Assembly (NCBI RefSeq): GCF_902713615.1
Contig: NC_052175.1
Span: forward strand, 2,717,620 to 2,781,619
Reading direction: 5' to 3'
DNA length: 64,000 nt
Source: Scyliorhinus canicula
Taxonomy: Eukaryota
Of the stretch, positions 22,570-35,129 are shown piece by piece (the first letter of the stretch is position 1; every line of letters starts with the position of its first letter). Below the pieces are notes generated by a model. It was not told where the DNA came from. It was given only the letters and a program-made list of their open reading frames with translations, and searched no databases. Position numbers and translations under genes: made by a program.

Positions 22570-25500
22570 GTGAGCCAGATACAGTGCAGACTCTTTTTAC
22601 ACTGAGTGCTGATTTTGGGTGCATTTCAGCGCTATAGTGAGAGTTTGGTGACTGAGGGAGTTAGGTCAGGAGGAAGGAAGGTTTTCATTCCATTTCATTT
22701 CCTACCTTTCCTCAAAGAGCGTAAAGGGAGCCGGGAGATGACAGAGAGTGCAGCTGACAGGGAGCAGAGTAGGATGGCAGTGTTCCAGTTGGTCCACAGT
22801 GCAGCTGTATTCTGTAAGATAAGAGGGGATGGAGGGTATGGCAGTTGCATTCTCCTCCTGTCGGGTGTGGGTGGCGAGGGATACCACCGGTGTCGCCGCT
22901 GATTATACCTGTTGAAGTCTACCCAACTCCAGCTCGTCAGAGACCATGTTATGGAACTGGAGCTGGAGCTGGATGAGACTAGGATCATCCGGGAGGCAGA
23001 AGGGGTAATAGACAAGAGTTACAGGGAAGTAACCACCCCAATGGTACAGGACAAGAGTAGCTGGGTAACCGTCAGTGGAAAGAAAACGAACTTGCAAACA
23101 GTGCAGGGATCCCTCGTGGCCATTCCTGTACCAGCCTCCCCGGACAGGCACCAGAATGTGACGACTAGCGGCTTTTCACAGTAACTTCATTGAAGCCTAC
23201 TCGTGACAATAAGCGATTTCCATTTCATTTCATTTCGTTCCCCTTCAAAACAAGTATACCGTTTGGGATGCTCTTGGCAGAATGATTTATGTTGGAAGGA
23301 TATGCGACCAGGTCTCTCGAACTGACTGGCTCTGGGGCTCAGAAGGGAAGGGGGAGAATAGAAAAGCAATAGTGATAGGAGACTCAATGGTTCGGGGAAT
23401 AGGAGATTCTATGGTCGCGAGCGAGACTCCCGGAAGTAATAATGGCTCGCGGGTGCCAGGGCAAGGGATGTCTCAGATCGTGTCTTCAGGATCCTTAGGG
23501 GGGAGGGGGAGCAGCCAGAAGTCGTGGTGCACATTGGCACCAACGACGTCGGTAGGGAAAGGGGTGTGGATGTATTAAACAAGTTTATGGAGTTAGGTTG
23601 GAAGTTAAAAGCCAGGACAGGCAGAGTTGTCATCTCTGATTTGTTGCCGTTGCCACGTGATACCGAGGCTAGGTATAGGGAGAAAATGAAGTTGAACACG
23701 TGGCTGCAGGAATGGTGTCGGAGGGAGGGCTTCAGGTATTTGGATAATTGGAGCACATTCTGGGGAAGGTGGGTGCTGTACAAGCAGGACGGGTTGCATC
23801 CGAACCAGAGGGGCACCACTATCCTGGGAGGGAGGTTTTCTGGTACTCTTCGGGTGGATTTAAACTAATTTGTTAGGGGACTGGGAACCGGATTTGTACT
23901 CCAGCAATTCAGGCAGCCGATGTTCAGAACGTCAAAACGTACAGCGAGGTAGTGTGGGAGACAAAGGAGAGTTCTTGCAGGCACGGAGATGGGTTGAAGT
24001 GTCAACGCAAGAAGCATCAGGAACAAGGTGGGTGAACTTAAGCCATGGATCGGTACTTGGGTACGTCCGATCAAGGATAGTCGTAGGAGATTGTGTATTG
24101 GGTCTTGAACGAGTACTTTTCTTCAGTATTTACGAATGAGAGGGGTCATATTTTTGGAGAGGACAGTGTGAAGCAGACTGGTAAGCTCGAGGAGATACTT
24201 GTTAGGAAGGAAGAAATATTGGGCGTTTTGAAAAACTTGAGGATAGACAAGTCCCCGGGGCCTGACGGGATATATCCAACGATTCTATGGGAAGCACGAG
24301 ATGAAATTGCAGAGCCGTTGGCAATGATCGTTTCGTTCTCACTGTCAACAGGGGTGGTGCCAGGGGATTGGAGAGTGGCGAATGGCGTTCCCCTGATCAA
24401 GAAAGGGAATATGGATAACGCTGGGAATTACAGACCAGTTAGTCTTACTTCGGGGGTAGGCAAAGTAATGGAAAGGGTTCTGAGGGATAGGATTTCTGAG
24501 CATCTGGAAAGACACTGCTTGATTAGGGATAGTCAGCACGGATTTGTGAGGGGTAGGTCTTGCCTCAGAAGTCTTATTGAATTATTTGAGGAAGTGACCA
24601 AGCATGTGGATGAAGGTAAAGCAGTGGCTGTAGTGCACATGGAATTTAGTAAGGCATTTGATAAGGTTCCCTATGGTAGGCTTATGCAGAAAATAAGGAG
24701 GCGTGGGATAGTGGGAAATGTGGCCTTTTGGATAACAAACTTGTTAACCGATAGACGCCAGAAAATGGTGGTGGATGTCAAGTATTCAGCCTGGAGCCCA
24801 GTTACCAGTGGCGTACCGCACGAATCAGTGCTGGGTCCTCTGCTGTTTGTGATTTTCATTAATGACTTGGATGAGGGAGTCGATGGGTGTGCCAGTAAAT
24901 TTGCAGACAATACGAAGATTGGTGGACTTGTGGATCGGAACGAGGGTTGTTGTCGGCTGCAAAGTGACATAGATAGGATGCAGAGCTGGGCTGAGAAGAG
25001 GCAGGTTCGAGTTTAACCCTGAAAAGTTTGAGGTTGTCCATTTTGGAGGACAAATATGAATGCGGAATATAGGGTTAACGGTAGGGTTCTTGGCAATGTG
25101 GAGGAGCAGAAAGATCTTGTGGTCCGTGTTCATAGATCTTTTAAAGTTGCCACTCAAGTGGATAGAGCTGTGAAGAAGGCTTATGGTGTGCTAGCGTTCA
25201 TTAGAAGAGGGGTTGAATTTAAGAGCCGCGCAGTGATGATGCAGCGTAAACAAGCTTGGTAAGGCCACATTTGGAATACTGTGTGCTGTTCTGGTCGCCT
25301 CATTTTAGTAAGGATGTAGAAACTTTGGAAAAGGTGCAAATGAGATTCACAAGGATGTTGCCTGGAATTGGGAGTATATCTTATCACGAAAGATTGAGGA
25401 TGCTAGGTCTTTTCTCATTCGAACGGAGAAGGATGAGGGGCGACTTGATAGGGGTTTATAAGATGATCAGGATAATCGATAGAGTAGAGAGGTCCCGGGA

Positions 25501-25770
25501 GGAACAAGCCTTTGCAAGGTGATATAAATTTAATGTGAATGGTGGAAGTTATAGCGGAGATATCAGAGGTAGTTTCTTTACGAAGGAAGGAGTGCGGGCA
25601 TGAAATGCACTGCTTGTGGAAGTAGTTGAGTCGGAAACATTGGGGATCTTCAAGCGGCTACTGGATAGGTAAATTGATTAATTTGTTCTTAATCCAGGAC
25701 AAAAGTTCGGAACAACTTCGTGGGCCGAATGGCCTGTTTTGTGTTGTATTTTTCTATGTTCTCTGTTCTA
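22570..25770 (+). mobile_element. Degenerate CR1 (ORF1 with SINE insertion, internally deleted ORF2, 3' tail)
   Basis: ORF1 pieces at 22912 and 23524; RT piece at 24093-25016; tail TTCTATGTTCTCTGTTCTAT near 25752-25771. Confidence 0.85.
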
Positions 25771-25771
25771 T

Positions 25772-28165
25772 ATCGCCTCGCTGCCCTCTGAAGTGCCCTC
25801 CCGCAGTATAGCTGCCATATTCTCCCTAACCAGTAGCGCAACTCCTCCACCCCTTTAACATCCCGCTCTATTCCGCCTGAAACATCGAATCCTGGAACGC
25901 TCAGCTGCCAATCTAGTCCTTCCCTCAACCAGGCGTCTGTAATTGCAACAACATCATAGTTCCAAGTGCTAATCCAGACTCTAGGTTCCTCTGCCTGATC
26001 CGTAATACTTCTTGCATTAAAACATATGCACTGCAGGCCACCAGTCGAGCAGTGTTCAGCAACATCTCCCTCTCTGCACTCCCTCAGAGCCATACTGGCC
26101 CTATTCCCAAGTTCTCCCTCAATTTTTTTTCACTTTCTGACCTATTGATAAGGCCCCCTCCCGCCCCCGCCATACTAGTTTAACACCCCTCCCCCCACCG
26201 CCGTGTGACACTAGCAAACCTCGCGACCTAAATCTAGCTAAATATTTTTGTAGACGCCCAACACCTCGTCTTTTTTGGCTCTCAATGCGACACAGGATAT
26301 GTACAGACCCTTCCCCAGGTTCAACATCCACTAACTCCTTCTTTTTAATGAATACTGATGAAAAGTATTCATTTATTACCTCGCCTATTTCATGTGGCTC
26401 CACACATAGATTCCCTCCGCTGTCCTTTAGTGTGCCAACCCTTTCCCTGGCTACCCTCTTGCATTTTATGTACCTGTAAAAAGCATTGGGATTTTCCTCA
26501 ACCCTATTTGGCATTGAATTTTCGTGACCCCCTTTTATCTCTCTTGACTCCTTGCTTAAGTTACTTTCTACTTTTTAAAATATTCCACACAGGCTTCGTC
26601 TGTTCCCAGCCTTCTAGCCCTGATAAGTGCTTCCTTTTTCTGTTTGGCGAGGCCTACAATATCTCTCGGTTTCCACGGTTCCCGAAATTTTCACTATTTA
26701 TCCTTCTTTCTCACTGGAAAATGCCGGACCTGAATTCCTTCCAACTCACATTTGAAAGCCTCCCACATGTCAGATGTTGATTTACCCTCAAACATTCTCC
26801 CCCAATCTAGGTTCTTCAGTTCCTGCCTAATATTTTTATAATTAGCCTTCCCCCAATTTAGCACATTCACCCTAGGACCACTCTTATCCTTGTCCACCAC
26901 TACTTTAAAACTAACTGGATTGTGGTCACTGTTCCCGAAATGCTCCCCTACTGAAACTTCTACCACCTGGCCGGGCTAATACCCCAATACAAGGTCCAGT
27001 ATAGCCCCTTGCCTAGTTGGTCTACCTACATAGTGTTTTATGAAGCTCTCCTCGATGCTCCTTACAAACTGTGCCCCATCCAAGCCTCTGGCACTAAGTG
27101 AATCCCAATATTGCAGTAGTTAATTTCCCATCACAACACCCTGTTGCTTTTCCTCCTCTCCAAAATCTGTCTACCTGTCTGCTCCTTTATCTCCCGATGG
27201 CTGTTGGGTGGCCTGTAGTAAGCCCCCAACATTGGGACTGCACCCGTCTTATTTTTGATCGCTACTCATACAGCCTCGCTCCATTCTGAGGTGTCCCCCC
27301 GCAGTACAGCTGTGATATTCTCCATAACCAATAGTGCAAATCCTCCACCTCTTTTACATTAACCTCTATCCCCCCTTATAGCAACCCTCCAAATGCTCCT
27401 TACAAACACAGCCCCGTCCAGGCCCCTAGCACTAAGTGAATCCCAGTCAATATTGGGGAAGTTGACGTCTCCCATCACAACAACCCTGGTGTTTTTACTC
27501 GTTTCCAAAATCTATCTAGCTACCTGCCCCTCTATCTCCCGCTGGCTGTTGGGAGGCTTTTGGTAAACCCCCAACATTGTGACTGCACCATTCATATTCC
27601 TGCTCTCTACCCATATCGCCTCGCTGCCATGTGAGGTATCCCCCCGTCGGTGATAATCTCTAACCAGCAGCGCAATTCCGTTCCCCCTTTTATATTCCCC
27701 TCTATCCCTCCTGAAACATCTAAATCCTGGAACGTTTAGCTGCCAATCCTGTCCTTCCCTCAACCAGGTCTCTGTAATGGCAACAACATCATAGTTCCAC
27801 CTATTAATCCAAGCCCTAAGTTCATCTGCCTTACCTGTTGTAATTATTTCATGAAAACATATGCACTTGAGGCCACCGATCCCGCAGTCTTCAGCAACAT
27901 CTCCCTCTCTGCTCTTCCTGAGGGCCATACCCTATTCCCCAGTGTTCCCTCAATCTTTTCACCTTCTGACCAATTGCTCCGGTGCCCACCCCACTGCCAT
28001 ACTCGTTTAAACCCTCCCGTGTGAGAGTAGGAAACCTCGCGGCCAGGATATTTAGGCCTCTCCAGTTTAGATGCAACCCGTCCTTCCTATACAGGTCACA
28101 CATGTCCCGGAAGAGCTCCCAGTGGTCCAGACCCTCCGTCCGATACAGCTGTTTAACCACGTGTT
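25772..28165 (-). mobile_element. Cluster of degenerate CR1 ORF1/endonuclease fragments
   Basis: CICFNARS, YDVVAITETW, EHFGNSDHN and DGLHLN motifs in ORFs 25689, 26694, 27512 and 27891. Confidence 0.75.
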
Positions 28166-28179
28166 TAGCTGCTTTATCT

Positions 28180-28320
28180 TCCTATTTCTGTATGTGTCTT
28201 TGTCTGTATGTGTCTGAGTATGTGTCTGTGTTTGTGACTGTGTGTGTGTGTGTTTGTGGTTGTGTGTGTCTGCATGTGTGTGTTCGTGTGTCTGTGTGCA
28301 TGTGCGTGTGTGTGTGTTCT
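28180..28320. repeat. Imperfect (TG)n microsatellite
   Basis: TGTGTG runs visible directly. Confidence 0.85.
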
Positions 28321-28929
28321 TGCAGTCTGAGGCTGACGGATATATTCATGTGATGTGGTGTGGTGGTTGTTCGCCACGGGGGATGGGCTTCCTTTTAATT
28401 TATCCTATTTTCACCCAAAGAGTGTGTTGAATAACGAAGTGAAAACAACACATTCCTCTTCACCCCGGACTAGAGCAAAATGTTCCCACTCTTTGAGAAC
28501 TGAACCATTTATGGGACAGCTTCCCAGAACCGGTCATATTATTCAGGCCAACATGTTAAAACGGTACACCAATAAACCAGCAAGAGCATAAACATTGCCA
28601 TTGAAGAGTGGGACATTTTGTTGAATATAGAATCCAATATCATACACTCAGCTTTATTGATAAGGGAACAGAATACAAGAGCAAATAGGTGGTGTAGAAC
28701 ATGTGAAAGTCTGCGCTGGAGTATTCTGTCCATTTCTGGGCACCGCAGCTCAGAAAGTATTCGAAGGTATAATATGCAGAACAGAAAGGATTCATCTGAA
28801 TGTTCGTGCTGAGCATCTTCAGTTATTTGTGGATATTAAAGAAATTAGGTGGATTTTCCTTGGAAAAGAGAAGTTTGAGAGGATAACTGATGGAGGTCCA
28901 GAATCGTGAGTAATGTAGACGAGATTGGC

Positions 28930-29282
28930 GGGGGCACGGTAGCATAGTGATTAGCACAGTTGCTTCACAGCTCCAGGGTCCCAAGTTCAATTCCTGGCTT
29001 GGATCATTGTCTGTGCGGTGTTTGCACTTTCTCCCCGTGTCTACGTGAGTTTTGTCCGGGTGCTGCATTTTCCTCCCACAGTCCAAAAATGTGCAGGTGA
29101 GGTGGCTTGGCCATGCTAAATTGCCCTTCGTGTCCAAAAAAGGTTGGGTTGGGTTGTGTGGGGTTACTATGTTACAGCGATAGGGTGGGGTGTGGTCTTA
29201 GGTAGGGTGCTCTTTCCAAGGGCCGCTGCAGACGCCATGTGCTGAATAGCCTTCTGCACTTTAAATTTTATGAAATCTACAG
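28930..29282 (+). mobile_element. HE1-type tRNA-derived SINE
   Basis: GGGGCACGGTAGCATAGTGATTAGC head, GTTCAATTCC box B, and shared core. Confidence 0.8.
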
Positions 29283-29796
29283 GGAAATGGGGATACGAAA
29301 ATATCAGCCATGATTGAATGGCGGAGCAGACTCGATGGGCCGAGTGGCCTAATTCTGCTCCTATGTCTGATGCTCTTATGTTGGACAGAAAGGGTTTCCA
29401 TTGTGAAATATTGAGATTGAGCCGCTCACTAGAGCGCGGGCATTGGCTGGACAGGGCGGATTGGCTGAGCAAACGGGCGGATCGCGATGATTCCCTCATG
29501 AGAATATGAACGGGCAGGGTTCGAGCTATCTGATAGATTGAGGAGGATCGCAGATTGAGATCCCAGATTGGTTGAGTCTCCTGCGTCTCACGGGATAAAG
29601 CTCCCTGAGTGGCTGGATCAGCTGCCATTCAGCAGACAGAATCTCTGTTTGACCGCGGCGGCTGTCAGTCAGCCGGTGGAGACTCTGATGGCTGCTGTAA
29701 GTCAGCGGGTGGAGCCTCTGGTTGGATGCTGCTGCTGTCACTCAGCGGATGGAATCTATGATTAGCCGAGGCGGCTGTCAGTCAGCGGGTGAACTA

Positions 29797-30108
29797 CGAT
29801 GGCCCAGTGTTTGACACTGCAGCGTCACATTTCCAGGGACCCGGGTTCAAATCCCGCCTCGGGTCACTGTCTGTGCGGAGTTCTCACCTTTTCCCCGTTT
29901 CTCCATGGATTTCCTCCAGGTGCTCCGGTTTGCTCCCACAGTCCAAAAATGGCCATGCTAAATTGTTCCTTAGTGTCCAAATGGTTAGGTAGGGTTAGTG
30001 GGTTATGGGGTAAGGGTGGAGGTTTGGGCTTAAATAGGGTGCTCTTTCAAAGGGCTGGTGGGTACTTGATGGGCCGAATGGCCTCCTGCACTGTCGGGAT
30101 TCTATGCC
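29797..30108 (+). mobile_element. Divergent HE1-related SINE
   Basis: GGTTCAAATCCC box B, CTGTCTGTGCGGAGT core and GGCCGAATGGCCTCC tail. Confidence 0.7.
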
Positions 30109-30932
30109 ATCCGATTCCTGCAGGGTGTCAGTCAGTTGCCAGTATCTCTGTTTGGTTGCGGTAGTCGTCATTCAGCGGGCGGACTCTCTGATTGGCTACG
30201 GCAGCTGTCTGTCAGCGTGTTGTACCGCTGTTGGTTTCGGCGGCTGTCAATCTGCGGGCGGAATCTCTGATTGGCAGAGGAGGGTCTTAGCCTGAAGTTG
30301 GGCTCCCCGTTTGGCTGCGTTGGCTGTCAGGCTGAAAGCGGAGGCTCATATTCACTGAGGCGTCTCGTCGGCAGTCTTCCGAGCACTTTGATTGGCTGCG
30401 GCAGCTCAATGTCTGAAAGCCGCGTGTGGGATCAGCTGAACGTTCTGTAAATCAGTATTCCGCTTTCCCTGATTAATTTATCCGGATATAATTAAACGGG
30501 CTGGGTCCCTGATTGGCTTCACGGTGTTGCTAGCCAGTACGAGCGACTTCTGATTGGCTGAGGGGCTGGTACACAGGCGATGACTCTTCGTGATTGCCAG
30601 CCAATCAGCGATTGGCTGATCGGGCTGTCATTCAGCGGCTGGGGCTCCCGATTGGCTATGTGGCTGTCAGCGACATGAGCTCCTGATTGGATGAGGGGCT
30701 GTCAGAGGCTGAAGCCCCTGATTCACGAAAGAGCTGTCAGCGACTGGAGCTCCTGATTGCCTTTGGGGCTGTCAGCGACTGGAACTCCTGATTAGAGGAG
30801 GTGCTGTCATTAACTAACTGTAGTTCCTGATTCGGTAAGGACTTGCACTCCACGGCTGGAGATCCTCATTGGTTGAGAGACTGTCCATCAACGGCTAGAG
30901 CATCTGAATGCCCGAGTGACTGTCAGACAATG

Positions 30933-31284
30933 GGGCAGTACGGTAGCATGGTGGTTAGCATAAATGCTTCACAGCTCCCGGGTCCCAGGTTCGATTCCCG
31001 GCTGGATCACTGTCTGTGCGGAGTCTGCACGTCCTCCCCGTGTGTGCGTGGGTTTCCTCCGGGTGCTCCGGTTTCCTCCTACAGTCCAAAGATGTGCGGG
31101 TTAGGTGGATTGGCCATGCTAAATTGTCCGTAGTGTCCTAAAAAAGTAAGGTTAAGAGGGGGGGGGTGGGGTTGTTGGGTTACGGGTATAGGGTGGATAC
31201 GTGGGTTTGAGTAGGGTGATCATGGCTCGGCACAACATCGAGGGCCGAAGGGCCTGTTCTGTGCTGTACTCTTCTATGTTCTAT
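30933..31284 (+). mobile_element. HE1-type tRNA-derived SINE (young subfamily)
   Basis: Near-identical to the copies at 858-1183 and 37357-37714; GGTTCGATTCCC box B; GTTCTAT tail. Confidence 0.85.
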
Positions 31285-31356
31285 AACGGTTACAGTTCCA
31301 GATTAGTTTAGAGGCTGTCAGTCAGCGTTTGCCGCTCCTGATTAGCTGAGTTGCTT

Positions 31357-32252
31357 TTATTTGCCCATCATTTTAATAATTGCATTAACCGGATATTTGA
31401 CAGAGATCTTGATCTGCTCCCTGAACCTGGACTGAGTCACCACATAAATAAATGTGTTTGTGCAACAATTTAAATCCTGCAGCATCCATCCGACGTGTTG
31501 TAAATTGGTTTGAGCATATGTGAGGGAAACAAAATCAGCCAAATCCAAATAGAAAAATTTAACAACAGACACGGTCCAGAGGAGAATGAAAGTTAAGGAG
31601 ATGCTGAAGAGTAACACCATTGATTTCCTTCTGCTCTCCATCTCTGGGTCTCTGCGACTGTCTCCCTGACTCTGAGCCCACAGTGCCTTCCGGCCTCTAC
31701 TGGTGATCAAAATGTGCCTGACTGTCAGAGCATTGATCAAAAGGATTAAACCGAATGGGATCAATGGGGTTAAAACTTGAGAAAACCAGTTAAATACAAC
31801 CCACACGGGGTCAGTGTAAAAGCTGCTCTTTGTCAGACACTCCCATTGGACATTGTCGATTATCTTTGAAGGTTCCTTTGTAAAGTAACGGGGGATGTTT
31901 TTTCCACAGAGCAGGAGGCCGCTTGTTGACAGAACCACAGCCGCAGTTTTCCCGGTGCAGTATTTACTTTTCAAATTCTGGCAGCGAATGGCCACAAATC
32001 GATCAAATGAGAAAGTGAGGGTGAACCAAACAGAACAGTCCCGGGCTGCAGACAAAAGGACAGCTCGCACCAGACACACAGCGGTCAGGTCCAAGAAATT
32101 CCACGGGAAATAGTAATAATTGATCATGTTCAGTATGGGGTTCGTGATAATAAACATCAGATCTGCCGTTGCCATGGCCACCATGTAGCGCGTGGAGCAG
32201 GTAGAGAGGCCACACTTTCCCCGACATAGAATTGCAATTCCCAGTAAATTAG
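31357..32252 (-). CDS. Class A GPCR, GPR139/GPR142-like, exon 2
   Basis: Acceptor TTTTCTTTCGGACAG|; (A)NLLGIAILCRGKCGLSTCSTRYMVAMATADL...FSFDRFVAI...NCCTNTFIY...MGK-stop; TM1 end to TM7, no internal stop. Confidence 0.85.
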
Positions 32253-33225
32253 CTGTCCGAAAGAAAAGGGAGAAAAGCCTGGAAATTACTGATTAAACAT
32301 TCTCCCGGCCTGAACCGGGACAGGATTTCAGCATCAATAAAATGGACAGTGGGTGGGTGAGGGTCGAGTAGAGAGTACAGAGATTAATATTTCAGAGAGG
32401 AAAGTAGCAAATGTAATCCAAATGTTTCAGACGGTGGATGGGGAAAAGTGGGAATTGCAGCACTGTCAATTTGATGTCAATAGCAGGAACATTTTCAGAA
32501 TTCAAATACCTTTGGGAGAGGTTACATTTCTCAGTGAGCCTGATTTACAGGGTTCACTCAGACTGCCCTGGTCCAACATTCTAGCGATTGGCATGTCTCC
32601 TCAATCCAAATTATTTGACCACGCTGTGGATTGGACAGCTCCCTGATTTGGATTCCTGATGCATTTTCACTCCGTGCCTTGATTTTTGGAACCTGCATGA
32701 TGAATGGAAAAAAACAAGCGCAGAATCTTCCAAGTTCATAATCCAGAACGAATAGAGCCTAACCATTTTCCAGAACATTCTCAGGACAGACCTTTCCCAT
32801 GTTCAGACATTCGTCTTGTACCATCTTCCAGGAATAATCCAGTACCATGTTCTGGACATCTCCACATCAGACTATTCCCAGGAATACATCCTCTCCAAAT
32901 TGGGAAACAATTAAATATACGCATTTCTCAGGCTTAATAGATTCGGACTGTTTCCATTGGAAATATGGAGATTGAGAGATGACCTGATAGAGGTCTACAA
33001 GACTATGAGCGCATGGATAGAGTGGATGGACAGGCACTCTTTCCCAAGGTGGAGGGGTGAGTCTACATGGGGCTTTGATTTAATGTGCGTGGGACAATGT
33101 TCAGACGAGATGTTCGAGGCAGGTTTTTTATGCACATGGTAGTGACTGCCTCGAACGCATCGTCAGGGGATATTGTGGAGGCAGACACATTAACGTCCTT
33201 CAAAAGGCATCTCAACAAATACATG

Positions 33226-34518
33226 ATGTGGAGATGCCGGCGGTGGACTGAGGTAAGCACAGTGAGAAGTCTTACAACACCAGGTTAAAGTCCAACAGGT
33301 TTGTTTCAAACACGAGCTTTCGGAGCGCTGCTCCTTCCTCGGGTGAATGGAGCGGTATGTTCCAGAAACATTTACATAGACAAAGTCAGAGATGCCAAAC
33401 AATGCTTGGAATGCGAGCATTTGCGGGGAATCAATTCATTACAAATCCAGAGATAGGGGTAACCCCAGGTTAAAGAGGTGTGAATTGTCTCAAGCCAGGA
33501 CAGTTGGTAGGATTTTTCAAGTCCAGGCCAGATGGTGGGGAGTGGATGTAATGCGACATGAATCCAAGATCCCGGTTGAGGCCGCACTCATGCGTGCGGA
33601 ACTTAGCTATAAGATTTTGCTCGGAAATTCTGCGTTGTCGCGTGTCCTGAAGACCGCTTATCCGGAGATCAGAGGCTGAATGCCCTTGACTGCTGAAGTG
33701 TTCCCCGACTGGAAGGGAACATTCCTGCCTGGTCATTGTCGCACGATGCCCGTTCATTGGTTGTCGCAGTTTCTGCATGGTCTCGCCAATGTGCCACAAT
33801 TTGGGACATCCTTTCCTGCAGCGTCTGAGACAGACTATATTGGTCGAGCAACACGAGTATGTGCCGCGTACCTGTTGGGTGGTGTTTCCACGTGTAATGG
33901 TGGTATCCATGTCGATGATCTCGCATCTCTTGCAGGGATTGCTCTGGCAGGGTTGCGTGGAGTCATGGTCGCTGTCCTGAAGGCTGGGTAATTTGCTCAA
34001 AACAATGGTTTGTTTGACGTTGCGCGGTTGTTTGAAGGCAAGTAGTGGGGGTGTGGGGATGACCTTGGCAAGATGCACATCTTCATTGATGATGTGTTGA
34101 AGGCTGCGAAGAAGGTGTCGTAGTATCTCCGCCCCAGGAAGGTACTGGACGATGAAGGGTACTCTGTCAGTTGTGTCCCGTGTTTGTCTTCTGAGGAGGT
34201 CGGTGCGGTTTTTTGCTGTGGCGCGTTGGAACTTTCGATCGATGAGTCGAGCGCCATATTCCGTTCGTACGAGGGCATCTTTCAGCATCTGTAGGTGTCT
34301 GTTACACTCCTCCTTGTCTTAGCAGATCCTGTGTATACGGAGGGCTTGTCCATAGGGGATGGCTTCTTTAATGTGTTTCGGGTGAAAGCTGGAGAAGTGG
34401 AGCATCGTGAGGTTATCTGTGGGCTTGCAGTGTGTCCAAGAATGCAACTGAATTTGGAGAATAGTCCACGGTCAGTCTGATGGTAGCTTATTGATCTCAC
34501 CGTGCAGTCGTTTCAGTG
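33226..34518 (-). mobile_element. 5'-truncated Penelope-like element (RT C-terminal part plus GIY-YIG endonuclease) with 10-bp TSD
   Basis: ORF 33470-34288 has PCQSNPCKRC, a degenerate GIY-YIG (IVCL...WHIGET) and HRA...VGEHF; TSD CAAATACATG at 33216-33225 and 34519-34528. Confidence 0.8.
33311..33345 (-). ncRNA. Degenerate minimal hammerhead ribozyme motif in the PLE terminus (core U4 to C)
   Basis: CAC-CCGAGGA-A-GGAGC-AGC-GCTCC-GAAA-GCTC-GTG; the core reads CCGAGGA instead of CUGANGA. Confidence 0.5.
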
Positions 34519-34665
34519 CAAATACATGGATAGAATGGGTATAGAGGGATACGGTACTAGGAATGTTGAGGGTCTTGGACAAGGAAGGTATTATGACCCG
34601 GACAGGCCAGGAGGGACGAAGGTCCTGTTCTTATGTGGTATTGTTCTTTGTTCTTTTATATTTCA

Positions 34666-35020
34666 GGGCAGCACGGTAGCATTGTGGATAGCACAATCGC
34701 TTTACAGCTCCAGGGTCCCAGGTTCGATTCCGGCTTGAGTCACTGTCTGTGCGGAGTCTGCACATTCTCCACGTGTGTACGTGGGTTTCCTCCGGGTGCT
34801 CCGGTTTCCTCCCAAAGTCCAAAGAAGTACAGGTTTCGTGGATTGTCCATGATAAATTGCCCTTAGTGTCCAGAAATGCCCTTAGTGTTGAGTGGGGTTA
34901 CTAGGTTATGGGGATAGGGTGGAGTTGTTGACCTGGAGTAGGGTGCTCTTCCCAGAACTGGTGCAGACTCGATGGGCAGAATGAGCTCCTTGTGCACTGT
35001 GAATTCTGTGATTCTATGAT
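34666..35020 (+). mobile_element. HE1-type tRNA-derived SINE
   Basis: GGGCAGCACGGTAGCATTGTGGATAGC head; GGTTCGATTCC box B. Confidence 0.8.
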
Positions 35021-35129
35021 TTCCTCTCCGGTATTCGACATTTCCCATGGTTCACTTTACCGGAATAGACTTTCGACGGAACCCATTGGATTCGATTAAA
35101 AAGGTGGCATATTCCTAAAATAATGGCGT

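Larger units (their letters stand above)
29420..31345. repeat. Degenerate ~36-40 bp minisatellite of GCTGTCA(GTCA) and CTGATTGG motifs, interrupted by two SINEs
   Basis: About 13 ATTGG/CCAAT cores and about 15 CTGTCA-like cores recur at near-regular spacing. Confidence 0.7.
32955..34660 (+). mobile_element. CR1 3' fragment split by a Penelope-like insertion
   Basis: RLRDDLIEVYK...RGRFFMHMVV continues after 34519 as AAATACATGGATAGAATGGG and ends in a TTCTTTGTTCTT tail. Confidence 0.7.
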
